Source of the DNA: Tubulanus polymorphus
Lineage: Eukaryota > Animalia > Nemertea
Assembly: GCF_964204645.1 (NCBI RefSeq)
Contig: NC_134036.1
Coordinates: forward strand, 7,265,434 to 7,329,433
Length of the DNA: 64,000 nt
Direction of reading: 5' to 3'
The notes beneath the pieces were generated by a model. The model had not been told where the DNA came from, did no database searches, and saw only the letters and a list, made by a program, of their open reading frames with translations. Shown here one piece after another: positions 27,001 through 39,500 of this stretch (the first letter of the stretch is position 1; each line of letters opens with the position of its first letter). The translations under genes and the position numbers were made by a program.

Positions 27001-30000
27001 CGTCAGTGTGCCGGCGGTGGTTGTTCGAAAAACGACTAAGTGCTGACCGGGCCTTGATCAGCGTTACGACCCGGTGCAGTGAGGGAGGGAGGGAGGCACT
27101 AGGACAGTCGTCCGCCCGTTAGTCAGTGTGTCGGCGGTTGTTGTTCGAAAAACGACTAAGTGCTGACCGGGCCATGAACAGCGTTACGACCCGGCACCGG
27201 TCAGGAAGGGAGGGAGGGTGGCAGTAGGTCGGTCGTCCGTTCGTTCGTCAGTGTGCCGGCGGTTGTTGTTCGAAAAACGACTAAGTGCTGACCGGGCCTT
27301 GATCAGCGTTACGACCCGGTGCAGTGAGGGAGGGAGGGAGGCAGTAGGTCGGTCGTCCATCCGTTCGTCAGTGTGCCGGCGGTGGTAGTTCGAAAAACGA
27401 CTAAGTGCTGACAGGGCCTTGATCAGCGTTACGACCCGGTGCAGTGAGGGAGGGAGGGAGGGAGGCAGTAGGTCGGTCGTCCATCCGTTCGTCAGTGTGC
27501 CGGCGGTGGTTGTTCGAAAAACGACTAAGTGCTGACCGGGCCATGAACAGCGTTACGACCCGGCACCGGTCAGGAAGGGAGGGAGGGTGGCAGTAGGTCG
27601 GTCGTCCGTTCGTTCGTCAGTGTGCCGGCGGTGGTTGTTCGAAAAACGACTAAGTGCTGACCGGGCCATGAACAGCGTTACGACCCGGCACCGGTCAGGA
27701 AGGGAGGGAGGGTGGCAGTAGGTCGGTCGTCCGTTCGTTGGTCAGTGTGCCGGCGGTGGTAGTTCGAAAAACGACTAAGTGCTGACCGGGCCTTGATCAG
27801 CGTTACGACCCGGTGCAGTGAGGGAGGGAGGGAGGCAGTAGGTCGGTCGTCCGTCCGTTCGTCAGTGTGCCGGCGGTGGTTGTTCGAAAAACGACTAAGT
27901 GCTGACCGGGCCATGAACAGCGTTACGACCCGGCACCGGTCAGGAAGGGAGGGAGGGTGGCAGTAGGTCGGTCGTCCGTTCGTTGGTCAGTGTGCCGGCG
28001 GTGGTAGTTCGAAAAACGACTAAGTGCTGACCGGGCCATGAACAGCGTTACGACCCGGCACCGGTCAGGAAGGGAGGGAGGGTGGCAGTAGGTCGGTCGT
28101 CCATCCGTTCGTCAGTGTGCCGGCGGTGGTAGTTCGAAAAACGACTAAGTGCTGACCGGGCCTTGATCAGCGTTACGACCCGGTACAGTGAGGGAGGGAG
28201 GGAGGCAGTAGGTCGGTCGTCCGTCCGTTCGTCAGTGTGCCGGCGGTGGTTGTTCGAAAAACGACTAAGTGCTGACCGGGCCTTGATCAGCGTTACGACC
28301 CGGAGCATTGAGGGAGGGAGGGAGGCAGTAGGTCGGTCGTCCGTCCGTCCGTTTGTCAGTGTGCCGGCAGCGATGGTTGTTCGAAAAATGACTAAGGGCT
28401 GACCGGGCCTTGATCAGCGTTACGACCCGGAGCATTGAGGGAGGGAGGGAGGGAGGCAGTAGGTCGGTCGTCCATCCGTTCGTCAGTGTGCCGGCGGTGG
28501 TAGTTCGAAAAACGACTAAGTGCTGACCGGGCCTTGATCAGCGTTACGACCCGGTGCAGTGAGGGAGGGAGGGAGGCAGTAGGTCGGTCGTCCGTCCGTT
28601 CGTCAGTGTGCCGGTGGTGGTTGTTCGAAAAACGACTAAGTGCTGACCGGGCCTTGATCAGCGTTACGACCCGGCGCAGTGAGGGAGGGAGGGAGGGAGG
28701 CAGTAGGTCGGTCGTCCATCCGTTCGTCAGTGTGCCGGCGGTGGTTGTTCGAAAAACGACTAAGTGCTGACCGGGCCTTGATCAGCGTTACGACCCGGTG
28801 CAGTGAGGGAGGGAGGGAGGCACTAGGACAGTCGTCCGCCCGTTAGTCAGTGTGTCGGCGGTTGTTGTTCGAAAAACGACTAAGTGCTGACCGGGCCATG
28901 AACAGCGTTACGACCCGGCACCGGTCAGGAAGGGAGGGAGGGTGGCAGTAGGTCGGTCGTCCGTTCGTTCGTCAGTGTGCCGGCGGTTGTTGTTCGAAAA
29001 ACGACTAAGTGCTGACCGGGCCTTGATCAGCGTTACGACCCGGTGCAGTGAGGGAGGGAGGGAGGCAGTAGGTCGGTCGTCCATCCGTTCGTCAGTGTGC
29101 CGGCGGTGGTAGTTCGAAAAACGACTAAGTGCTGACAGGGCCTTGATCAGCGTTACGACCCGGTGCAGTGAGGGAGGGAGGGAGGGAGGCAGTAGGTCGG
29201 TCGTCCATCCGTTCGTCAGTGTGCCGGCGGTGGTTGTTCGAAAAACGACTAAGTGCTGACCGGGCCATGATCAGCGTTACGACCCGGTGCAGTGAGGGAG
29301 GGAGGGAGGCACTAGGACAGTCGTCCGCCCGTTAGTCAGTGTGCCGGCGGTGGTTGTTCGAAAAACGACTAAGTGCTGACCGGGCCTTGATCAGCGTTAC
29401 GACCCGGCCCCGGTCAGGGAGGGAGGGAGGGAGGCAGTAGGTCGGTCGTCCGTCCGTTCGTCACTGTGCCGGCGGTGGTAGTTCGAAAAACGACTAAGTG
29501 CTGACCGGGCCTTGATCAGCGTTACGACCCGGAGCATTGAGGGAGGGAGGGAGGCAGTAGGTCGGTCGTCCGTCCGTTTGTCAGTGTGCCGGCAGTGATG
29601 GTTGTTCGAAAAAATGACTAAGGGCTGACCGGGCCTTGATCAGCGTTACGACCCGGCGCTGGTCAGGGCGGGAGGGAGGGAGGCAGTAGGTCGGTCGTCC
29701 ATCCGTTCGTCAGTGTGCCGGCGGTGGTAGTTCGAAAAACGACTAAGTACTGACCGGGCCTAGATCAGCGTTACGACCCGGTGCAGTGAGGGAGGGTGGG
29801 AGGCAGTAGGTCGGTCGGCCGTCCGGTCGTCAGTGTGCCGGCGGTGGTTGTTCGAAAAACGACTAAGTGCTGACCGGGCCATGATCAGCGTTACGACCCG
29901 GTGCAGTGAGGGAGGGAGGGAGGAACTAGGACAGTCGTCCGCCCGTTAGTCAGTGTGTCGGCGGTTGTTGTTCGAAAAACGACTAAGTGCTGACCGGGCC

Positions 30001-30500
30001 ATGAACAGCGTTACGACCCGGCACCGGTCAGGAAGGGAGGGAGGGTGGCAGTAGGTCGGTCGTCCGTTCGTTGGTCAGTGTGCCGTTGGTGGTAGTTCGA
30101 AAAACGACTAAGTGCTGACCGGGCCTTGATCAGCGTTACGACCCGGTGCAGTGAGGGAGGGAGGGAGGCAGTAGGTCGGTCGTCCGTCCGTTCGTCAGTG
30201 TGCCGGCGGTGGTAGTTCGAAAAACGACTAAGTGCTGACCGGGCCATGAACAGCGTTACGACCCGGCACCGGTCAGGAAGGGAGGGAGGGTGGCAGTAGG
30301 TCGGTCGTCCGTTCGTTGGTCAGTGTGCCGGCGGTGGTAGTTCGAAAAACGACTAAGTGCTGACCGGGCCTTGATCAGCGTTACGACCCGGTGCAGTGAG
30401 GGAGGGAGGGAGGCAGTTGGTCGGTCGTCCGTCCGTTCGTCAGTGTGCCGGCGGTGGTTGTTCGAAAAACGACTAAGTGCTGACCGGGCCTTGATCAGCG
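1..30500 (+). repeat. Satellite stratum 1 (approximate limits): homogeneous monomers in multi-kb higher-order duplications
   Basis: Variants seen mainly or only here: CCGGTACAGTG, GGAACTAGGAC, CGTCACTGTG, GGAGCTTTGA, GTGCTTACCG, CCGGATCTTG. Identical ORF-track entries recur at fixed offsets (2825, 2457, 3311, 4297, 7500, 1728 bp). Confidence 0.75.
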
Positions 30501-33500
30501 TTACGACCCGGTGCAGTGAGGGAGGGAGGGAGGGAGGCATTAGGTCGGTCGTCCATCCGTTCGTCAGTGTGCCGGCGGTGGTTGTTCGAAAAACGACTAA
30601 GTGCTGACCGGGCCATGATCAGCGTTACGACCCGGTGCAGTGAGGGAGGGAGGGAGGCACTAGGACAGTCGTCCGCCCGTTAGTCAGTGTGTCGGCGGTT
30701 GTTGTACGAAAAACGACTAAGTACTGACCGGGCCATGAACAACGTTACGACCCGGCACCAGTCAGGAAGGGAGGGAGGGTAGCAGTAGGTCGGTCGTCCG
30801 TTCGTTCGTCAGTGTGCCGGCGGTGGTTGTTCGAAAAACGACTAAGTGCTGACAGGGCCTTGATCAGCGTTACGACCCGGTGCAGTGAGGGAGGGAGGGA
30901 GGGAGGGAGGCAGTAGGTCCGTCGTCCGCCCGTTAGTCAGTGTGTCGGCGGTTGCTGTTCGAAAAACGACTAAGTGCTGACCGGGCCATGAACAGCGTTA
31001 CGACCCGGCACCGGTCAGGAAGGGAGGGAGGGTGGCAGTAGGTCGGTCGTCCGTTCGTTCGTCAGTGTGCCGGCGGTGGTAGTTCGAAAAACGACTAAGT
31101 GCTGACCGGGCATTGATCAGCGTTACGACCCGGTGCAGTGAGGGAGGGAGGGAGGCAGTAGGTCGGTCGTCCGTCCGTTCGTCAGTGTGCCGGCGGTGGT
31201 TGTTCGAAAAACGACTAAGTGCTGACCGGGTCATAATCAGCGTTACGACCCGGTGCAGTGAGGGAGGGAGGGAGGCAGTAGGTCGGTCGTCCATCCGTTC
31301 GTCAGTGTGCCGGCGGTTGTTGTTCGAAAAACGACTAAGTGCTGACCGGGCCTTGATCAGCGTTACGACCCGGTGCAGTGAGGGAGGGAGGGAGGCAGTA
31401 GGTCGGTCGTCCATCCGTTCGTCAGTGTGCCGGCGGTGGTTGTTCGAAAAACGACTAAGTGCTGACCGGGTCATGATCAGCGTTACGACCCGGTGCAGTG
31501 AGGGAGGGAGGGAGGGAGGCAGTAGGTCGGTCGTCCATCCGTTCGTCAGTGTGCCGGCGGTGGTTGTTCGAAAAACGACTAAGTGCTGACCGGGCCATGA
31601 TCAGCGTTACGACCCGGTGCAGTGAGGGATGGAGGGAGGCACTAGGACAGTCGTCCGCCCGTTAGTCAGTGTGTCGGCGGTTGTTGTTCGAAAAACGACT
31701 AAGTGCTGACCGGGCCATGAACAGCGTTACGACCCGGCACCGGTCAGGAAGGGAGGGAGGGTGGCAGTAGGTCGGTCGTCCGTCCGTTCGCCAGTGTGCC
31801 GGCGGTGGTTGTTCGAAAAACGACTAAGTGCTGACCGGGCCATGAACAGCGTTACGACCCGGCACCGGTCAGGAAGGGAGGGAGGGTGGCAGTAGGTCGG
31901 TCGTCCGTTCGTTCGTCAGTGTGCCGGCGGTGGTAGTTCGAAAAACGACTAAGTGCTGACCGGGCCTTGATCAGCGTTACGACCCGTTGCAGTGAGGGAG
32001 GGAGGGAGGGAGGCAGTAGGTCCGTCGTCCGCCCGTTAGTCAGTGTGTCGGCGGTTGCTGTTCGAAAAACGACTAAGTGCTGACCGGGCCTTGATCAGCG
32101 TTACGACCCGGTGCAGTGAGGGAGGGAGGGAGGCAGTAGGTCGGTCGTCCGTCCGTTCGTCAGTGTGCCGGCGGTGGTTGTTCGAAAAACGACTAAGTGC
32201 TGACCGGGCCTTGATCAGCGTTACGACCCGGTGCAGTGAGCGAGGGAGGGAGGGAGGGAGGCATTAGGTCGGTCGTCCATCCGTTCGTCAGTGTGCCGGC
32301 GGTGGTTGTTCGAAAAACGACTAAGTGCTGACCGGGCCTTGATCAGCGTTACGACCCGGTGCAGTGAGGGAGGGAGGGAGGCAGTAGGTCGGTCGTCCGT
32401 CCGTTCGTCAGTGTGCCGGCGGTGGTTGTTCGAAAAACGACTAAGTGCTGACCGGGCCTTGATCAGCGTTACGACCCGGTGCAGTGAGCGAGGGAGGGAG
32501 GGAGGGAGGCATTAGGTCGGTCGTCCATCCGTTCGTCAGTGTGCCGGCGGTGGTTGTTCGAAAAACGACTAAGTGCTGACCGGGCCATGATCAGCGTTAC
32601 GACCCGGTGCAGTGAGGGAGGGAGGGAGGCACTAGGACAGTCGTCCGCCCGTTAGTCAGTGTGTCGGCGGTTGTTGTACGAAAAACGACTAAGTACTGAC
32701 CGGGCCATGAACAGCGTTACGACCCGGCACCAGTCAGAAAGGGAGGGAGGGTGGCAGTAGGTCGGTCGTCCGTTCGTTCGTCAGTGTGCCGGCGGTGGTT
32801 GTTCGAAAAACGACTAAGTGCTGACCGGGCCTTGATCAGCGTTACGACCCGGTGCAGTGAGGGAGGGAGGGAGGGAGGGAGGCAGTAGGTCCGTCGTCCG
32901 CCCGTTAGTCAGTGTGTCGGCGGTTGCTGTTCGAAAAACGACTAAGTGCTGACCGGGCCATGAACAGCGTTACGACCCGGCACCGGTCAGGAAGGGAGGG
33001 AGGGTGGCAGTAGGTCGGTCGTCCGTTCGTTCGTCAGTGTGCCGGCGGTGGTAGTTCGAAAAACGACTAAGTGCTGACCGGGCCTTGATCAGCGTTACGA
33101 CCCGGTGCAGTGAGGGAGGGAGGGAGGCAGTAGGTCGGTCGTCCGTCCGTTTGTCAGTGTGCCGGCGGTGGTTGTTCGAAAAACGACTAAGTGCTGACCG
33201 GGTCATAATCAGCGTTACGACCCGGTGCAGTGAGGGAGGGAGGGAGGCAGTAGGTCGGTCGTCCATCCGTTCGTCAGTGTGCCGGCGGTGGTTGTTCGAA
33301 AAACGACTAAGTGCTGACCGGGCCATGATCAGCGTTACGACCCGGTGCAGTGAGGGAGGGAGGCACTAGGACAGTCGTCCGCCCGTTAGTCAGTGTGTCG
33401 GCGGTTGTTGTTCGAAAAACGACTAAGTGCTGACCGGGCCATGAACAGCGTTACGACCCGGCACCGGTCAGGAAGGGAGGGAGGGTGGCAGTAGGTCGGT

Positions 33501-36500
33501 CGTCCGTTCGTTCGTCAGTGTGCCGGCGGTGGTTGTTCGAAAAACGACTAAGTGCTGACCGGGCCTTGATCAGCGTTTCGACCCGGCACCGGTCAGGGAG
33601 GGAGGGAGGGAGGCAGTAGGTCGGTCGTCCGTCCGTTCGTCATTGTGCCGGCGGTGGTAGTTCGAAAAACGACTAAGTGCTGACCGGGCCTTGATCAGCG
33701 TTACGACCCGGAGCATTGAGGGAGGGAGGGAGGCAGTAGGTCGGTCGTCCGTCCGTTCGTCATTGTGCCGGCGGCGGTAGTTCGAAAAACGACTAAGTGC
33801 TGACCGGGCCTAGATCAGCGTTACGACCCGGTGCAGTGAGGGAGGGAGGGAGGCAGTAGGTCGGTCGTCCGTCCGGTCGTCAGTGTGCCGGCGGTGGTTG
33901 TTCGAAAAACGACAAAGTGCTGACCGGGCCATGATCAGCGTTACGACCCGGTGCAGTGAGGGAGGGAGGGAGGCACTAGGACAGTCGTCCGCCCGTTAGT
34001 CAGTGTGTCGGCGGTTGTTGTTCGAAAAACGACTAAGTGCTGACCGGGCCTTGATCAGCGTTACGACCCGGAGCATTGAGGGAGGGAGGGAGGCAGTAGG
34101 TCGGTCGTCCATCCGTTCGTCAGTGTGCCGGCGGTGGTAGTTCGAAAAACGACTAAGTGCTGACCGGGCCTTGATCAGCGTTACGACCCGGAGCATTGAG
34201 GGAGGGAGGGAGGCAGTAGGTCGGTCGTCCGTCCGGTCGTCAGTGTGCCGGCGGTGGTTGTTCGAAAAACGACAAAGTGCTGACCGGGCCATGATCAGCG
34301 TTACGACCCGGTGCAGTGAGGGAGGGAGGGAGGCACTAGGACAGTCGTCCGCCCGTTAGTCAGTGTGTCGGCGGTTGTTGTTCGAAAAACGACTAAGTGC
34401 TGACCGGGCCATGAACAGCGTTACGACCCGGCACCGGTCAGGAAGGGAGGGAGGGTGGCAGTAGGTCGGTCGTCCGTTCGTTCGTCAGTGTGCCGGCGGT
34501 GGTTGTTCGAAAAACGACTAAGTGCTGACCGGGCCTTGATCAGCGTTACGACCCGGCGCAGTGAGGGAGGGAGGGAGGGAGGCAGTAGGTCGGTCGTCCA
34601 TCCGTTCGTCAGTGTGCCGGCGGTGGTTGTTCGAAAAACGACTAAGTGCTGACCGGGCCTTGATCAGCGTTACGACCCGGTGCAGTGAGGGAGGGAGGGA
34701 GGGAGGCAGTAGGTCGGTCGTCCATCCGTTCGTCAGTGTGCCGGCGGTGGTTGTTCGAAAAACGACTAAGTGCTGACCGGGCCATGATCAGCGTTACGAC
34801 CCGGTGCAGTGAGGGAGGGAGGGAGGCACTAGGACAGTCGTCCGCCCGTTAGTCAGTGTGTCGGCGGTTGTTGTTCGAAAAACGACTAAGTGCTGACCGG
34901 GCCTTGATCAGCGTTACGACCCGGTGCAGTGAGGGAGGGAGGGAGGCAGTAGGTCGGTCGTCCGTCCGTTTGTCAGTGTGCCGGCGGTGGTTGTTCGAAA
35001 AACGACTAAGTGCTGACCGGGTCATAATCAGCGTTACGACCCGGTGCAGTGAGGGAGGGAGGGAGGCAGTAGGTCGGTCGTCCATCCGTTCGTCAGTGTG
35101 CCGGCGGTTGTTGTTCGAAAAACGACTAAGTGCTGACCGGGCCTTGATCAGCGTTACGACCCGGTGCAGTGAGGGAGGGAGGGAGGCAGTAGGTCGGTCG
35201 TCCATCCGTTCGTCAGTGTGCCGGCGGTGGTTGTTCGAAAAACGACTAAGTGCTGACCGGGCCATGATCAGCGTTACGACCCGGTGCAGTGAGGGAGGGA
35301 GGCACTAGGACAGTCGTCCGCCCGTTAGTCAGTGTGTCGGCGGTTGTTGTTCGAAAAACGACTAAGTGCTGACCGGGCCATGAACAGCGTTACGACCCGG
35401 CACCGGTCAGGAAGGGAGGGAGGGTGGCAGTAGGTCGGTCGTCCGTCCGTTCGCCAGTGTGCCGGCGGTGGTTGTTCGAAAAACGACTAAGTGCTGACCG
35501 GGCCATGAACAGCGTTACGACCCGGCACCGGTCAGGAAGGGAGGGAGGGTGGCAGTAGGTCGGTCGTCCGTTCGTTCGTCAGTGTGCCGGCGGTGGTAGT
35601 TCGAAAAACGACTAAGTGCTGACCGGGCCTTGATCAGCGTTACGACCCGTTGCAGTGAGGGAGGGAGGGAGGGAGGCAGTAGGTCCGTCGTCCGCCCGTT
35701 AGTCAGTGTGTCGGCGGTTGCTGTTCGAAAAACGACTAAGTGCTGACCGGGCCTTGATCAGCGTTACGACCCGGTGCAGTGAGGGAGGGAGGGAGGCAGT
35801 AGGTCGGTCGTCCGTCCGTTCGTCAGTGTGCCGGCGGTGGTTGTTCGAAAAACGACTAAGTGCTGACCGGGCCTTGATCAGCGTTACGACCCGGTGCAGT
35901 GAGCGAGGGAGGGAGGGAGGGAGGCATTAGGTCGGTCGTCCATCCGTTCGTCAGTGTGCCGGCGGTGGTTGTTCGAAAAACGACTAAGTGCTGACCGGGC
36001 CTTGATCAGCGTTACGACCCGGTGCAGTGAGGGAGGGAGGGAGGCAGTAGGTCGGTCGTCCGTCCGTTCGTCAGTGTGCCGGCGGTGGTTGTTCGAAAAA
36101 CGACTAAGTGCTGACCGGGCCTTGATCAGCGTTACGACCCGGTGCAGTGAGCGAGGGAGGGAGGGAGGGAGGCATTAGGTCGGTCGTCCATCCGTTCGTC
36201 AGTGTGCCGGCGGTGGTTGTTCGAAAAACGACTAAGTGCTGACCGGGCCATGATCAGCGTTACGACCCGGTGCAGTGAGGGAGGGAGGGAGGCACTAGGA
36301 CAGTCGTCCGCCCGTTAGTCAGTGTGTCGGCGGTTGTTGTACGAAAAACGACTAAGTACTGACCGGGCCATGAACAGCGTTACGACCCGGCACCAGTCAG
36401 AAAGGGAGGGAGGGTGGCAGTAGGTCGGTCGTCCGTTCGTTCGTCAGTGTGCCGGCGGTGGTTGTTCGAAAAACGACTAAGTGCTGACCGGGCCTTGATC

Positions 36501-39500
36501 AGCGTTACGACCCGGTGCAGTGAGGGAGGGAGGGAGGGAGGGAGGCAGTAGGTCCGTCGTCCGCCCGTTAGTCAGTGTGTCGGCGGTTGCTGTTCGAAAA
36601 ACGACTAAGTGCTGACCGGGCCATGAACAGCGTTACGACCCGGCACCGGTCAGGAAGGGAGGGAGGGTGGCAGTAGGTCGGTCGTCCGTTCGTTCGTCAG
36701 TGTGCCGGCGGTGGTAGTTCGAAAAACGACTAAGTGCTGACCGGGCCTTGATCAGCGTTACGACCCGGTGCAGTGAGGGAGGGAGGGAGGCAGTAGGTCG
36801 GTCGTCCGTCCGTTTGTCAGTGTGCCGGCGGTGGTTGTTCGAAAAACGACTAAGTGCTGACCGGGTCATAATCAGCGTTACGACCCGGTGCAGTGAGGGA
36901 GGGAGGGAGGCAGTAGGTCGGTCGTCCATCCGTTCGTCAGTGTGCCGGCGGTTGTTGTTCGAAAAACGACTAAGTGCTGACCGGGCCTTGATCAGCGTTA
37001 CGACCCGGTGCAGTGAGGGAGGGAGGGAGGCAGTAGGTCGGTCGTCCATCCGTTCGTCAGTGTGCCGGCGGTGGTTGTTCGAAAAACGACTAAGTGCTGA
37101 CCGGGCCATGATCAGCGTTACGACCCGGTGCAGTGAGGGAGGGAGGCACTAGGACAGTCGTCCGCCCGTTAGTCAGTGTGTCGGCGGTTGTTGTTCGAAA
37201 AACGACTAAGTGCTGACCGGGCCATGAACAGCGTTACGACCCGGCACCGGTCAGGAAGGGAGGGAGGGTGGCAGTAGGTCGGTCGTCCGTTCGTTCGTCA
37301 GTGTGCCGGCGGTGGTTGTTCGAAAAACGACTAAGTGCTGACCGGGCCTTGATCAGCGTTACGACCCGGCACCGGTCAGGGAGGGAGGGAGGGAGGCAGT
37401 AGGTCGGTCGTCCGTCCGTTCGTCATTGTGCCGGCGGTGGTAGTTCGAAAAACGACTAAGTGCTGACCGGGCCTTGATCAGCGTTACGACCCGGTGCAGT
37501 GAGGGAGGGAGGGAGGCAGTAGGTCGGTCGTCCATCCGTTCGTCAGTGTGCCGGCGGTGGTTGTTCGAAAAACGACTAAGTGCTGACCGGGCCATGATCA
37601 GCGTTACGACCCGGTGCAGTGAGGGATGGAGGGAGGCACTAGGACAGTCGTCCGCCCGTTAGTCAGTGTGTCGGCGGTTGTTGTTCGAAAAACGACTAAG
37701 TGCTGACCGGGCCATGAACAGCGTTACGACCCGGCACCGGTCAGGAAGGGAGGGAGGGTGGCAGTAGGTCGGTCGTCCGTTCGTTCGTCAGTGTGCCGGC
37801 GGTGGTAGTTCGAAAAACGACTAAGTGCTGACCGGGCCTTGATCAGCGTTACGACCCGTTGCAGTGAGGGAGGGAGGGAGGGAGGCAGTAGGTCCGTCGT
37901 CCGCCCGTTAGTCAGTGTGTCGGCGGTTGCTGTTCGAAAAACGACTAAGTGCTGACCGGGCCTTGATCAGCGTTACGACCCGGTGCAGTGAGGGAGGGAG
38001 GGAGGCAGTAGGTCGGTCGTCCGTCCGTTCGTCAGTGTGCCGGCGGTGGTTGTTCGAAAAACGACTAAGTGCTGACCGGGCCTTGATCAGCGTTACGACC
38101 CGGTGCAGTGAGCGAGGGAGGGAGGGAGGGAGGCATTAGGTCGGTCGTCCATCCGTTCGTCAGTGTGCCGGCGGTGGTTGTTCGAAAAACGACTAAGTGC
38201 TGACCGGGCCTTGATCAGCGTTACGACCCGGTGCAGTGAGGGAGGGAGGGAGGCAGTAGGTCGGTCGTCCGTCCGTTCGTCAGTGTGCCGGCGGTGGTTG
38301 TTCGAAAAACGACTAAGTGCTGACCGGGCCTTGATCAGCGTTACGACCCGGTGCAGTGAGCGAGGGAGGGAGGGAGGGAGGCATTAGGTCGGTCGTCCAT
38401 CCGTTCGTCAGTGTGCCGGCGGTGGTTGTTCGAAAAACGACTAAGTGCTGACCGGGCCATGATCAGCGTTACGACCCGGTGCAGTGAGGGAGGGAGGGAG
38501 GCACTAGGACAGTCGTCCGCCCGTTAGTCAGTGTGTCGGCGGTTGTTGTACGAAAAACGACTAAGTACTGACCGGGCCATGAACAGCGTTACGACCCGGC
38601 ACCAGTCAGGAAGGGAGGGAGGGTGGCAGTAGGTCGGTCGTCCGTTCGTTCGTCAGTGTGCCGGCGGTGGTTGTTCGAAAAACGACTAAGTGCTGACCGG
38701 GCCTTGATCAGCGTTACGACCCGGTGCAGTGAGGGAGGGAGGGAGGGAGGGAGGCAGTAGGTCCGTCGTCCGCCCGTTAGTCAGTGTGTCGGCGGTTGCT
38801 GTTCGAAAAACGACTAAGTGCTGACCGGGCCATGAACAGCGTTACAACCCGGCACCGGTCAGGAAGGGAGGGAGGGTGGCAGTAGGTCGGTCGTCCGTTC
38901 GTTCGTCAGTCTGCCGGCGGTGGTAGTTCGAAAAACGACTAAGTGCTGACCGGGCCTTGATCAGCGTTACGACCCGGTGCAGTGAGGGAGGGAGGGAGGC
39001 AGTAGGTCGGTCGTCCGTCCGTTTGTCAGTGTGCCGGCGGTGGTTGTTCGAAAAACGACTAAGTGCTGACCGGGTCATAATCAGCGTTACGACCCGGTGC
39101 AGTGAGGGAGGGAGGGAGGGAGGCAGTAGGTCGGTCGTCCGTCCGTTCGTCAGTGTGCCGGCGGTGGTTGTTCGAAAAACGACTAAGTGCTGACCGGGCC
39201 TTGATCAGCGTTACGACCCGGTGCAGTGAGGGAGGGAGGGAGGCACTAGGACAGTCGTCCGCCCGTTAGTCAGTGTGTCGGCGGTTGTTGTTCGAAAAAC
39301 GACTAAGTGCTGACCGGGCCGTGAACAGCGTTACGACCCGGCACCGGTCAGGAAGGGAGGGAGGGTGGCAGTAGGTCGGTCGTCCGTTCGTTCGTCAGTG
39401 TGCCGGCGGTGGTAGTTCGAAAAACGACTAAGTGCTGACCGGGCATTGATCGGCGTTACGACCCGGTGCAGTGAGGGAGGGAGGGAGGCAGTAGGTCGGT

